64,000 nucleotides of DNA from Eledone cirrhosa (lineage: Eukaryota), in assembly GCA_964016885.1 (NCBI GenBank), contig OZ024743.1, positions 216,876,001-216,940,000 on the forward strand, read 5' to 3'. Each line of letters begins with the position of its first letter. The stretch's first letter is position 1. Position numbers and translations under genes: made by a program. The notes beneath the pieces were generated by a model. It had not been told where the DNA came from. It made no database searches and saw only the letters and a program-made list of their open reading frames with translations. Positions 28,455 through 41,801 of this stretch are shown in pieces.

Positions 28455-31400
28455 TGAGAATATAGCAGGACTGGTAAATCACTGTGAAACAATTTGCTTT
28501 GTTTGGCTGGATCTCTCTGTGATAAGTGTTGAAATTCCAACAGGTTTCATTCGCTTTTCACCTCAAAATGATCGATAAAAACTTTCTAGCTTTGATTTTA
28601 TCAACAACACATTAGACGGCGATGTCACTGCTTGGCCATATTCCAGTAACTGAAACTTGTCATAGAATATATGAATACATAAATGTAACAGTGTGATTGT
28701 GTGATTGTGTGTCTGTGTGTGTGGGTGAATTACATTATCTTAAAACGGTGGTATGTGCGATAGATGCGAATATATAAGATAGATAGGTAGATAAATAGAC
28801 CAATGGAAACTGTTTAATTTGACGTTCAGTCCATGGTGTGAGGGAAATAAGCTAACATCAGTTATAAACATTATCATCCTGAAGCATAACCGAAAGATCA
28901 TTCAATTAAAGCAATCTTTTTACTCTAGTGGTTTGTGATATAGCGAGTTGTTTGAACTATAATATCTGCGGTCAATCTGCAAACTGGATTTTCTTTAAAC
29001 ATTGAAGCGATAAAGCGATGCGGTGTTTTGGAATCGTATTAATATAAACAAAAACAAATTGGAGAAACCAAATATGTCAAACCGCCAACCAAACAAACAG
29101 TAAACCAGGCAACCAGCCAAATAACCAAATAACCAAACAAACTTCCATCTTGTCAAACATACAAACAGCTAAACATCTTGCCTGTCTGCCAGCATGCCAA
29201 CAAACCCACAGGCCAGCAAGGGAGCCAGATGGTTAATGCCAAATAAGCAACCGATCTACTCACCAAAATATCAACTATTCAGAGAATTCAAGAATTTCAT
29301 TATGTGTCGTATCTCTAGAAACACTTCGAGCGCTTCCGTCTGATGGTTATCAAACAAAATGTTTAGTGTTTATTTCATTCTCAATTTCTCAATATTTCCC
29401 CGGGGATCTTTAGTTACAAATTCTATATAATCAAGCAGTACATCAGTCCAGAATTCATTGCGGTTCATCATCAGGCATATATTGTTGGTAGCAATGGCAT
29501 GGCATTAGATATGTGCCTCTCGAATCGGTAATTAGATTTATCAAGATACTTGAATTGAAAATGATGCCTTCGGCAAGTAAATATTAAGTGCTTTACCAAT
29601 GGAAGTGCAACACACCCTGTGAGATATAAGTTCGTGATGGGAAAGAGAGCAATATATATATATATAATATTCTGACCAATTCATTTCTAGCTTCATTCCG
29701 ATGTTTGATTGATGATATATCTTGTTTGTCTTTTTCTCGTATATTGTAACAGGACTAGTTCAACTATAACTGTTACTACTGAAATTGGTGCTTTCTAACA
29801 TAACCACAGGGCTACCAATTTCGAGGGAGAAGAAAGTCAATTAAATCGAATCTAGCAGTCAATTTGGTATTTGTTTTATTGACATCGCTAGGATGGAATG
29901 CAAAGTTGGCATCGGTGGTAATTGAACGCAGAACATATAGAGCTGGAAAATTCTTTAATGTATTATTTCCGTCAATCCCTAGAATTTCGTTTGTAGTCTC
30001 TTCTCTATGGAACACGGAAGAATGGCGGACTAAACTAACCTTGGCAGCATTTGCGCCCAGGATGACAAGAACAGGAAAACATACTGTAAAGTAAGATAAT
30101 ACAAAGATTCTGCCTAATAATTTATTACTTAAGCAAGGGGTTAGAAATTTGGTAGGAAGGCACAGTCCATTGAATTAACTCCTGCACTTGAATGGTACTT
30201 TATTTTAACGTCACTATAAAACTGAAAAGTAATGTTAACCTCTGCAGGATTCGAAAAAAAATTGCGATGGAAAGTAACTAAATACTGCAAGGCGTTTTGA
30301 CCCCAACATTTTTAGAATGGGCAAAATGCCTGGAATTTTATAGAAGGGAACTGTTTATTAGACTGGTCCAAGTTTTTGTTTGAACGATCTCAGAAAGTTC
30401 GAAGTTTAAGACAACTTCACCGAGATTTGAAACATAACTAAAAGATTCAAATATATTTAGCGCGATACTAATTCTGCCATATTACCATATCTCGTTTTAG
30501 TTAGATAGACTGCAGTTTATTAAAAGAGATAAATGCTTTTATCAAGGCTACACTGCAGTTACATCAGTGAATTTGCAGATTTCTTAGTGCGTCGGATTAA
30601 AAATAGCTTTGTATTCCGGTTCACTGCTCCGAGTTCCAATCCCGTTGACAACTTTGCCTTTCAATCTTTCGAGGTAGATCTATATATTACCAGTCATGTA
30701 CTAGGGTTGATTCTAACACTGACTCTCTCTCTCTCTCACACTCACTTTCTTTTCTTCTCTGCAAGAAATCGGCTGATTCAACCTGGAGATGAATTGTCTC
30801 GGCCAGGTATAAAATTCCCAATACACATGCATATCCGGACGGCCCCCTTTGAATCCAACAATAGTTAAGAGCCAGATTATCCTGATTCACAAAACTGCAA
30901 GTTGTTTCTTCCCAGTTCTTGCTGGTCAAATTAACGAGGCAGTGTTACTGTCTACCTAATCATACTATTGATAGAAAAAAAAATATCATTGGGAGTTTTT
31001 ATCAAGCAAATAGAGAGAATGATTAAAGAATTGCTAAGGATATATACGGGAAATATCTAAAGATGTAGAAGTTGAGGTACCTGCAAATGTGATACTTATA
31101 TTTATCCCGTCGTAAGAATTAACACAATTATGTAGCCCTTGAATTATTTAGTAAAGCTATTGTGTTGTATGTATTCAGACAAGGTCTTCAATATGAGGAT
31201 AACATCCACCGTTCCTCCAAACAGTTTCCGGAATCTTAAAATTCTTCATCGGCGCTGCACTCCACCCTCAAACTCATACTAATCTGTCATATGTATAATC
31301 CCAATATGGATGAAGATATTATTTGTGATAGAGCTGTCAATAGTCATATATCAGTGCAAGCTAACGTTCAATGCATTATCAAGAAGGCAAAAAAGAAATT

Positions 31401-33409
31401 AAACTGTCGCCTTGGAAATATCACAATATCATTGGACAGAAATGCATTTGAAGAAGTGAACTTCTTTACATATGTATAACGTATACAAATATTCAAATAC
31501 AAAGAGCTACAGTTGAAAATTAAAACAAGTAAAGAATTATGTCAGCAACAGCTGTCCCTGTTGTATAATACTAAACATCATTGTGTTAAAGAGACAAAAT
31601 AATATATTAGAATATGATTGAAATATTCTGATTACATGGAATACAGAAGAAGTTATTGGTTGGCACTGAATGCATACTGAGAAAATGCACGTTTAACAGC
31701 TACATATCTAGCAACTAATTTTATCAAGGTTTGAATTGAAATTCTGATAAAATATATTTATTATCTGCAAGACTGGTGTAAATTCACTAGACAAAAATAA
31801 AAATAATGATTATAACAACAACAAAAATAGTCATTTATAACATGGAATACATATTAACATAAAAAGGCCCCAAAGAGAATAAATGGAATGAAAAGAAAGG
31901 CAAGCAAAAGATGAAAGCGAGAGAAAGGCGACTGAAATAAAAATAGAAGATTTGAAAAAGAAGAATAAAAGAAGTCACAGATAGTCTTTGAAGAAGAGTA
32001 AACAGAAGAATGACAGAAAGAAGGCTAAAAAAATAGACGACGAAAGAGTTGTGATAGAAATAAAATTTAAAAAAATAAACATAGGATTAAAAGAAGCTTG
32101 ATAGAAATAAAAATAAATCATTAAAACTCTCGACATATTATAAGAGAATTTAAAGAGCAGACGAGGTGGTTGTAATAGAGAGTGAGATGGTGATATGTTG
32201 GCGCTGGCATTGTGTAATTATGTACTCTCGAGTTCGATACGCCTCTACGATATTTCAAGGAAGTTTTACTCTTTTTTTTTTCTACACCCTCGTCAACCCG
32301 ATCGATGCGAATGAAATTTGGTGGAAAGTAACTGCTTGGAAGCTCAGCTTATATATAAGTATGTCTGTGTGTTCACAAATGTATATATAACGAACATAGG
32401 AATGAATATTCAATACCTTGGCTAGGTAATGGGGTTTCGTGCAGAACAAGATGCTAAATACACTACTGGTTTCTGATTTTTTATAAATGACTATATACTG
32501 ACGAGATGAATAAGAATTAAAAATATTGGATTATTTGTTCTTGTTATATGGTGTTGTTTCGGTGCGTTTCTAGACTGAGTTAAAGTACTCCTTAACATAG
32601 TCTCCGTTAGGAAAACAGCTGCAGTATATTTCGATTTCTTTGATATCCGCTCATGGCACAGGACTGAATTCGAACTATCAAGTTTCATTTCCCACCCTAT
32701 GGGAATGGAAATGAAACGTATGATCCCGGACTCATAATTAATGGTACATATGTTTTCTTAATTTTTATTACACTGGCTTAAATACTTTCAATTTTTTGAA
32801 ATGCATGCCCTGAGAGGTTCTACATGAAAATTCTCACAGGGCAATTTCGAGAAGAAAACAAAAAGGGAGACAAATTGACCTCAATATTTTCCAGTATCAG
32901 GTGGAAACCAACGCTGAAAGCTCTAAAAGTTGATTGAGAGTTTGAACAATTAAACTCATAGAATTATATTTCTTCCTGCTTCTTTTTTTGTTTACCATTG
33001 ACATTTTAGAGATGAGATAAAGTCTATCAAATCTACATCAATGCATGTTTGATGTCGTGAGAGGCGTACTTTACTTCAAGAGAATTTGAAATTGCTAACA
33101 ATCTTACTGTTTTTTGCCAAATCACTATAAAAATAGTTGAGTTATTCTCAACTCAGTCAGCATTGGACACATATAGGGTCAAAGACGCTTTTTTTATACA
33201 CCTACAACTATTTTGTGCAATGTGAATTTCCTGTTTTAGTTGGTGCTGTGTAATTTTAGAGAATTAGGCTGATATATCTACTAGATGGAGCAAAGTCCAG
33301 AGGCTCCCTCCATGTCTTATGCAGACCTAATTGCTGTATTATATGGGGATTAAAGACGATTTCATTGAAAGAAGTGAATAGAAAGATAAAAGTGTAGGTT
33401 CTGCTCGAT

Positions 33410-33742
33410 ATTAATTTTGCCTTTCATCCTTACGGGGTCGATAAAATAAAGTACCAGTAATGTACTGGGTGATTGCTGGCCTTGTGCCAAAAGTAGAAAC
33501 AATTATTTGTTCTTAGAAGGTGAATTGGCAGTATCGGTAGATTGGCAGTATACGGTGGATTGGCAGTATCGGTAGAGAGTCGGACACCATGCTTTGAAGC
33601 ATAGAGTTATGTCCCTTTATGATCTGAGTTCAAATACCGCCGAGGTTAACTTTGCCTTTCTTCCTTACGGGGTCGATAAAATAAAGTACCAGTAATGTAC
33701 TGGGTAATTGCTGGCCTTGTGCCTAAAATAGAAACAATTATT
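33410..33742 (+). mobile_element. Tandem S1 SINEs (3' half 33410-33505, full copy ~33518-33742 with triplicated head)
   Basis: Same body as 7819-8010. TTGGCAGTAT occurs three times, and ATTATTTGTTCTTAGAAG follows both copies. Confidence 0.85.
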
Positions 33743-34444
33743 TGTTCTTAGAAGACAGAGCAATGGAACAGAATAATACAAGATAATTAATTGATCCATC
33801 CGCTATTGTTTTAATCACATTTGATATTGATTAAACTCGATAAAATCATAAAGCTAGAGAGATAAGAGAATTATTTGATTACATACTCTATATTTTAGTC
33901 GTGTCCCTTCGTGACACTTTAAACCAGAAATTAGACAATTTATTGTTAGGATTTCTTGTAAAGTTTAAAACATTAACACTTACGACAAACCCTAACGAGA
34001 ATTAATTTATCAGGGTACACGTAAAATTATTCATACACATATCTGTGAAATTGTACAGACTCCAATTGGTTGACATTAGTAAAGGAAGTCATATCTACTC
34101 ATACAGTATATGTCACGATTCAGATTTCGTTTAACAACACGCGTTTGTTAGGTAACTCGACTTTCAAGAGCTAGTTTCTTGCTTGTAACTGTTGCTTGAA
34201 ACTGTTGATTGTACTACATCAATATTTAGTTGTTGTTTTTTTTAACTGGTTCAGGGCACGGGAATATTAACAGAACCCACGATCCTCTTCAGTATACCCT
34301 TGAATGATCGGGGACGCTATGATCACATCGGAGACCACGCCAGAATCATTTCAAATAGAGTCGACTTCGCTAAATGCAACGAAGGATAAGGTAGCGATAT
34401 CAAACCAAGCTACAGATTAAAATCTAAAACAGAAAATGTTCTCG

Positions 34445-34590
34445 TGGTGGGCTTCCGCACAGTTTCCGTTGCTATGTTCTACTTGTAAGATTTGGTCAAC
34501 GTAGGACTATGGGAGAAGACATCTACCTAAACTGCTACGCAGTGGAATCGAACTAAAAACAGCGTAGTTATTAAATCGTCTTCAACACAG
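34445..34590 (-). mobile_element. Degenerate tRNA-derived SINE (family S2)
   Basis: GGGCTTC..CAGTTTCCGT..GAAGACA..GCAGTGGAATCGAAC resembles 46190-46388 and 59170-59300. Confidence 0.5.
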
Positions 34591-37104
34591 AGCTGTTCCT
34601 GTATTTGTGATTGATCGTTTAGCATTACAGATACAGGAAATAACCATAGGACACAAGGATCCTTCTCATCCACCTTAGAAAAACCAAAGCTTTCTCTGTT
34701 TAAAAATTCCTATTACTGATTTTATAGATTCAAAATTCATATTATATATAATAGGGATGCAATTTTTAATCTATTTCAGAAATGAATACTCGTGACAGCA
34801 TCTCATTTACATTTTCTGTAATGCTAAAAGCTGAAACCTAATCAAAAGTAATTGATATTTAATTTGAATAAGCCGCGGGCCGTATTGGCGTTCTCGTCAT
34901 TTTCAGTGAACCGAAACTGCAGTCTGGTTTCAATCCTCGGGAGGTCTCGCTTGATTTATGTCACTAATCAAAATTGTCATTAATTTATTTATTTATTATA
35001 TATCGTAATTGTTGAACAATGGCGTTGTTGGTAACCGGTTTCCAATAGGCCAATAACAGGTTCACTGGGTTTCTGACATATACAAAGGAAAAATGTTCCC
35101 CTTCCCCAACAGTTTTGTTATTCTATTTCATTTTCGCTCACTTTATATATCTCTCCCTCTCTCCTATTTCTCTCTCCCATCTCGTCTTTCCCATCATATC
35201 TCTCTTCCTCCATCTCTCCACTTCCAAGAATCTCTCCTTCCATCTATATCCCCTTCCATCTCTATCTTCTTCCATTTCTATCTCCCTCCATCACGATCTC
35301 CTTACATCTCTATCTCCCTCCATCTCTATCTACCCCCATCTCTTTCTTTCTCCAACTTTTTCTCACTCCATCTCTCTCTCCCTCATAAATATTTAAACTC
35401 TTCTTTCAACACTACGTATATCAGTGAATATAAAATGGTGTCTGTAGCTAGGTTTGTGGATGTCTATACCTATGTATATATACTACACACGTTTAATTGA
35501 TACAGCATCAAACAACAATAACCACATTCTCTGTAGTTACCTTGAAAATCATTCTTTCTTATCCTGACTCAAATACAATGCCCCACAACACAATTATTAT
35601 ATCGTAAAATGTATGTCTTTTTCAGACCAACAATAAAACACACATCCACACAGAAATATTTATAGTCAATTGCCTCATTAGCCTAAACTATTGTGCTGGC
35701 ATGCACACCACTAAGATATTTCCCGTTATAACTGCGCACTTTATCTTTATCCCTAGATGTTCTAGAGTTTATTTTTTATCTTCAAATCAGTAACAGGAAG
35801 ATATAACAGGAAAAACATGTATAACTGTCTCGTATGTTTGGTTGATAATCTGCCATAAAACAACCTTATTAGAAATCGCACGTGGCTTAAATAACAATTG
35901 TTTTTTTTTTATTTCCATTTAATACTTGCCGTTAATTTATGTTCTTATCAAAGTTAGAAATCCGAATTTTGCCATCAGGATACCTGTGGCAAAATTTTTA
36001 GTGTTCTATAATATGTGTGGTGATAATTAGTTACGTCTCTACTTCCTTATTGAAAATAATACTATGGCCGACATCATTTTCAAAATTTCAGAAGTGGGGG
36101 TGTATATGTGTGTGTGTGCGTGCAACCCCACTCACAAAAGTATAGGGTCGATTACAGCAGACTATACGACTTTCGTGAGATGATTGATCTCTTGTCAATC
36201 GATACGTAACACAAAACATGCATAAACACAGATCCGCACACGTTCGCACACGATATATACACACACATGAACTTCTGTAAATACTCCTATCTGTCAGCTT
36301 TTGTCTCACTGTCCAGTTTTGGATCTAGAATCGTCGCTGTGGCTGTGACGTCAACAAAGTCAACTACACTACCATCGCCACCACAGACAAACTTCATCTT
36401 ATTCAATTTTCCACGTCTTGTTTACATATATGATTGCTGTATCAGTCTCGTGCCAGAACCATGATAGATCCCCAACCTTTCACGATCGCATGTGTATGGC
36501 TTCCGTCAGAAATGTCTTATGGGACAATGGTTTAAAAATATGTTATTATGTACGCGTAATGGGAACAAATATAAGATATTGCATGCAGTGTATATATCGG
36601 TTAATGTCTAGTGTTGATGTATAGTGTTGCTAGTGTAACAAGGGTATGTAGCAGACTCATGATTGCTCAAGTTGATCGTTGTTTGCATATTGCTTAGTAT
36701 TGCAGAAAGCTACATTTGTAATGCTAGTCAGATATTCGTGTGTTGAATGATGTCTACAATGATGTAGGAGTGTGTGTTCTCAATGGAATCACTACACCCT
36801 GAGAAGTAAAATACTATTAATATTCTCGTTCTCTCATCGTCATCAGTATGTTGTTGTTAAAGATGTGGTCAAATAGCGTCAATAGCCGCACTAGTAATAG
36901 TCCTTGCCGTTTTGGTAGTTGCAGTAGTATTTCTAATATAGGCACAAGACCATCAGTTTTTGAGGAGAGAGGAAGTCGATTTATTTATCGATTCCGAAAG
37001 TATAAAAAGCAAAGTTATTTAAACAAAAAATGTAGAGAGCCGTAACTAAATACTGCAAATTGCCTCAACTCTAACGGCTGAGGAATTTTGCCGCGTTAGT
37101 AATA

Positions 37105-37292
37105 ATAATAATTGTTTCCACTTTTGGCACAAGGCCAGCAATTACCCAGTACATTACTGGTACTTTATTTTATCGACCCCGTAATGATGAAAGGCAAAGT
37201 TAACCTCAGCGAGATTTGAATTCAGAATGGCAAGGGCCGTAACTCTATGCGTCAAAGCATGGTGTCCGACCCTCTACCGATACTGCCAATCC
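37105..37292 (-). mobile_element. tRNA-derived SINE (family S1)
   Basis: Reverse complement of S1, flanked by TAATAA repeats. Confidence 0.85.
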
Positions 37293-40205
37293 AAGGCCAA
37301 TCCAAGTAATAATAATAATGATAATAACAATAATAATATATATATATTATAGGACAGATGGAAGGGAAGTCACTACAAGACCAAATTACAATAGACTTAA
37401 CATGAAATCTGTTATAATATAATCAGGCATGGAAAAAAACTGAAGACGTTTATGTTTTATTGACCGAATAAGAAAGTGTCTTCAGTCCTTTCAATGTTAT
37501 CAACCATCACTACCAGAATTATCCCAGGCCCTACAATTACCAGTCGATCCAGAATCCAGCAATCCTTAACGCACTGAATAAATTCAAGGACCTATTTATT
37601 CGCTGTGTGCATCTCGTGCATTTTTTTTTTAAAGGCATTTAACGAGTATTGTAAGTCGACAGTGTTCCTCGTAGCACTACCAGGTTAGTGATATCTGAAT
37701 ATTATTGTTCGACCTGTGGTAAAATCTCTTCGGAATCGATTATTCAGTTGATTTTTGTCGCCACATAGTGTTTCCAGGAAAATATAATTTTTGCTTGTAT
37801 TTAGCTATCTATAAAATGGAAAAATGTTATTGTATTACCGATTGCATTTCGCAACTGTTTGAGAACTGTAAGCAACCGCCAATATGCTAGATACCAGGCG
37901 CGAAATCTCAAGCTTCACCTGACCCAGTACGAAGTGCCTCTGAAACAGCAACCACACTTGCAGACCTGTTTTTTAAAAATGCACAAGGCTAGAAATGTGA
38001 ATGGAAATGTTCAGTCAATTAAATAGTCATTTATTCTTGAATAGCATTTTATTTTATCAACAACAGAAGGCAATGCATATGTTGACTCAATATAAAACAA
38101 AAAAATCAAATAAATATAGAGATATAGGTGCTATGCTCCATATTCCTCAAAGCCACGTCACTAAATGTGTGTCCACTGCAGAAAGGTCAAATAAGAAGTA
38201 TTAAATTAGTGCAATAGAGAAATGAAAGATTACATTCCCTCCGTACAATTTTCAAACGATTAACTAAAGTGGATTAAAGGAAACAAATCATATGTGGCTC
38301 TAACGATAAGAACTAACAATTGTGATGATGTTTCTATATGTCCACAATGAATAAATGGTTTCTAATTAAGGCAAATGATAGCACTTTGGGAGAGGGGTCA
38401 GTCGATTATATGAAACCCATGTCATGTCTGGTACTTTATTTACCCCAGAGGGAAGAAAGGCAAAATTAATCTTAGTGAGAATTAATCTGAGAACGTGAAG
38501 AGTCTTCTATTAATGGTGTTAATGGTTCATAGGAGTGTTAGACAATGGACGTCACAGAATAAACAGCAATCAGTAAGAAAACCAAAGATATGAAAACTGT
38601 TATATGAATAATATTTTAATTACCATTGGTAACATTTCTTGTCAATCCTCCATCATCATAATAACATCAGGTGGGATATGGGATAACATTTGCAAGCCAA
38701 CCTATACATCAGAGGTGGGGGGATTATTTAAATGTTGCAAGTACCCATGTATCTTTGAGTGGCACTGAGAAAAACTAATGAATCTTTAATTTTAAAATTC
38801 ATGAGTTTGCAGTTTATATTGAATTACTCTTTTCGTCTAAAGGCTTAAACGATGTTTTTTTTTTTCTTTTCGCAATGTGTATTATGGGGATTAATCAGCA
38901 GCTGGTATCAATTTTGAACGTGGGTAATATTTCGTCCGCTTGCACCCGAAACCCCACCCTTACTTGTTTTCTCCTTTTTTATGTGCTAATAGAAATAGCA
39001 ACCAAATCTCTTTCAGAAATCTACCGTTTAAGAAAGGAAAATTCACAATAGTTAATGTGTAGTTCGGTTAATTAATCATGTCTCCACCATATAACGGTTA
39101 ACTTGTGGATAGATGAGAAAACAAGACCAAATTTTATTTTAGAAAACATCAGCACAATTGTTGAAATTACCATCGTTCTCGTCATGGAAAATATTGTACT
39201 ATCTACCAGATATAGTTTCATAATAATTTTGTTTTTATTTTAATATTTTTTACGCATTAAACTTCTTTGAACGTTTAGCTGATATTCTCATTTAAAATAT
39301 CCAAAAAACCCACCGCTACCCCTTTTCGCTCCCTATACTTTGAGTATTTCCCTCATTGTCTCTGTTTTACTATCCTCACTTAATAATTTCGAACTCATTC
39401 ACTTGTCATTTCTGATGACACATACACGTCAACCACGTCACCTTTTTGCCCAACACTGACACATGAATGATGTACTAGTTTCAAGCTTATTAGCTATCGT
39501 CAGCATCGTATACCTTCCTGCCAGATGGTTGAACGTCTGAAAGTATATATTTTCTTTATGCATATTAACGGCTAAGCAGCCTGATTTGCATATCGAGTGA
39601 GTTCAGTCGGCCGGGCGCACCGAAAACGATAAATGGAATAGATTGAAATGTAATTTCATTTCTCACTCTTAGTACGGCACTTACTTAAATGTAAGTATGT
39701 ATGTACGTATACATACATACATGTATGTAAACAGTCGTACAGTAGTATGTATATATATACATACGTGCACATATATATATATATATATATATGCACGTAT
39801 CGGTTTACCGAACATTTATTACAATGCTCGGTTTGTTTGTAAACAAACAAACAGCCCGATTTACGCCGTAGAGCGTTTTTAGGCAACAACGTCAACTTTC
39901 TGTTCAACACTGACACAGGAACAATGTACTAGTTTCAAGTTTATTAGCTTATTTACAAACAAACAAACCGAGCATTATAATAAATGTTCGGTAAACCGAT
40001 ACGTGCATATTTATATGTGTGCATGTATGTATATATATACATATTACTGTACGTCTGTATACATATATGTATGTACGTATACATACATACATACATACAT
40101 ACTTACATTTAAGTAAGTGCCGTACTAAGTGTGAGATGTGAGATTTCGTTTCATTCTATTCCATTTATCGATTTCGGTGCGCCCGGCCGACTGTACTCAC
40201 TCGAT

Positions 40206-40213
40206 ATGCAAAT
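40206..40213 (+). promoter_or_regulatory. Octamer motif ATGCAAAT in family R unit
   Basis: Perfect octamer ~88 nt upstream of the HHR core. Also intact at 496-503, 39584-39591 and ~57087 (reverse), and mutated at ~40652. Function is inferred only. Confidence 0.4.
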
Positions 40214-40287
40214 TAGGCTGCTCAGCCGTTAATATGTATAAAGAAAGTATATACTTTCAGACGTTCAACCATCTGGCAGAAAGTTAT

Positions 40288-40330
40288 ACGATGCTGACGA
40301 TAGCTAATAAGCTTGAAACTAGTACATCGT
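40288..40330 (+). ncRNA. Intact minimal type I hammerhead ribozyme (family R)
   Basis: ACGATG-CTGACGA-T-AGC-TAATAA-GCT-T-GAAAC-TA-GTA-CATCGT. 6-bp stem I, predicted cleavage after 40324. Confidence 0.85.
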
Positions 40331-41051
40331 TCCTGTGTCAGTGTTGAACAAAAAGGTGACGTGGTTGCCTAAACACTGTACGGTAACTCGGGCTGATTGT
40401 TTGTTTACAAACAAACAAACCGAGCATTATAATAAATGTTCGGTAAACCGATACGTGCATATTTATATGTGTGCATGTATGTATATATATATACATACTA
40501 CTGTACGTCTGTATACATATCTGTATGTACGTATGCATACATACATATTTACATTTAAGTAAGTGCCGTACTAAGAGTGAGAAATGACATTTCGTTTCAT
40601 TCTATTCCATTTATCGTTTTCGGTGCGCCCGGCCGACTGAACTCACTCGATATACAAATTAGGCTGCTCAGCCGTTAATATGTATAAAGAAAGTATATAC
40701 TTTCAGATGTTCAACCATCTGGCAGGAAGGTATACGATGCTGACGATAGCCAATACACTTGAAACTAATACATCGTTCCTGTGTCAGTGTTGAACAAAAA
40801 GGTGACGTGGTTGCCTAAACACCGTACGGCGTAATTCGGGCTGATTGTTTGTTTACAAACAAACAAACCGAGCATTATAATAAATGTTCGGTAAACCGAT
40901 ACGTGCATATATATATGTGTGCATGTATGTTTATCTATACATACTACTGTACGTCTGTATACATTACATATATGTATACATACATATATACTTACATTTA
41001 AGTAAGTCCTGTACTAAGAGTGAGGAATGAAATTTCGTTTCATTCTATTTC

Positions 41052-41084
<33 letters not shown>

Positions 41085-41091
<7 letters not shown>

Positions 41092-41228
41092 GGAATGCAT
41101 GTATGTATATATATATACATATTATTGTACGTCTGTATACATATATGTATGTACGTGTACATACTTATATTTAAGTAACAGCCGTACTAAGAGTGAGAAA
41201 TGAAATTTCGTTTCATTTTTCCATTTAT
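41085..41228 (+). repeat. Family R 3' fragment with tiny inverted 5' piece
   Basis: TAAATGGAA followed by ~130 bp of the family R terminus. It is the reverse complement of 42735-42868. Confidence 0.75.
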
Positions 41229-41242
41229 ATATATATATAATT

Positions 41243-41764
41243 ATAGGAACAAGTAAGACCCCGACGGCTGAGCTCAAGCCGTTTCGACGGCTAATTCTGG
41301 ACTGAATAAAAATTTATTCTGGTATTTAAATAGCCGAGCTCATCAAGGGGTAATTCCATATATGGTCAAAGAGACAATCACCAGGATTCGTCACATCACA
41401 AGTTAGTAGTAAATCTGTGATGGCAAATTGGTGGGGGAAGGGGTAGCTAAACCTGCCGGTAGGAGCAATTGGGAGAGAGAATGGAGTAGACCCATTCATG
41501 CGTTGGTAGTGCCGGCTACAGCTGGGCGTGAGGTCAAATGGATACTAGGGATGGGGAGGGGGAGGAAGTCGAAACGGTAAGTAGAACAATGGAGGGTAAA
41601 ACTATAAACAGTACTGGTGTATAAACAGCAGAGGTGTTAGACTTCGGATACTTGCCCCCTTCTCCGACCGCTGTCCCTTTTTTCCGTGCCTTCTATATTT
41701 CTTAGTGGCATCTTTGCTTTAATTTCTCGTTTATCCAGTATTTCTTTCTTCTTTTTCCTTTTTT

Positions 41765-41801
<37 letters not shown>

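Larger units (their letters stand above)
39430..41048 (+). mobile_element. Family R array: ~1.15 units on minus (39430-39950) joined head-to-head to ~2.5 units on plus (39951-41048)
   Basis: HHR cores at 40294 and 40740 give a period of 446. Another HHR lies on minus at 39469-39509. The 3' end CATTTAT runs into (TA)n. Confidence 0.88.
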
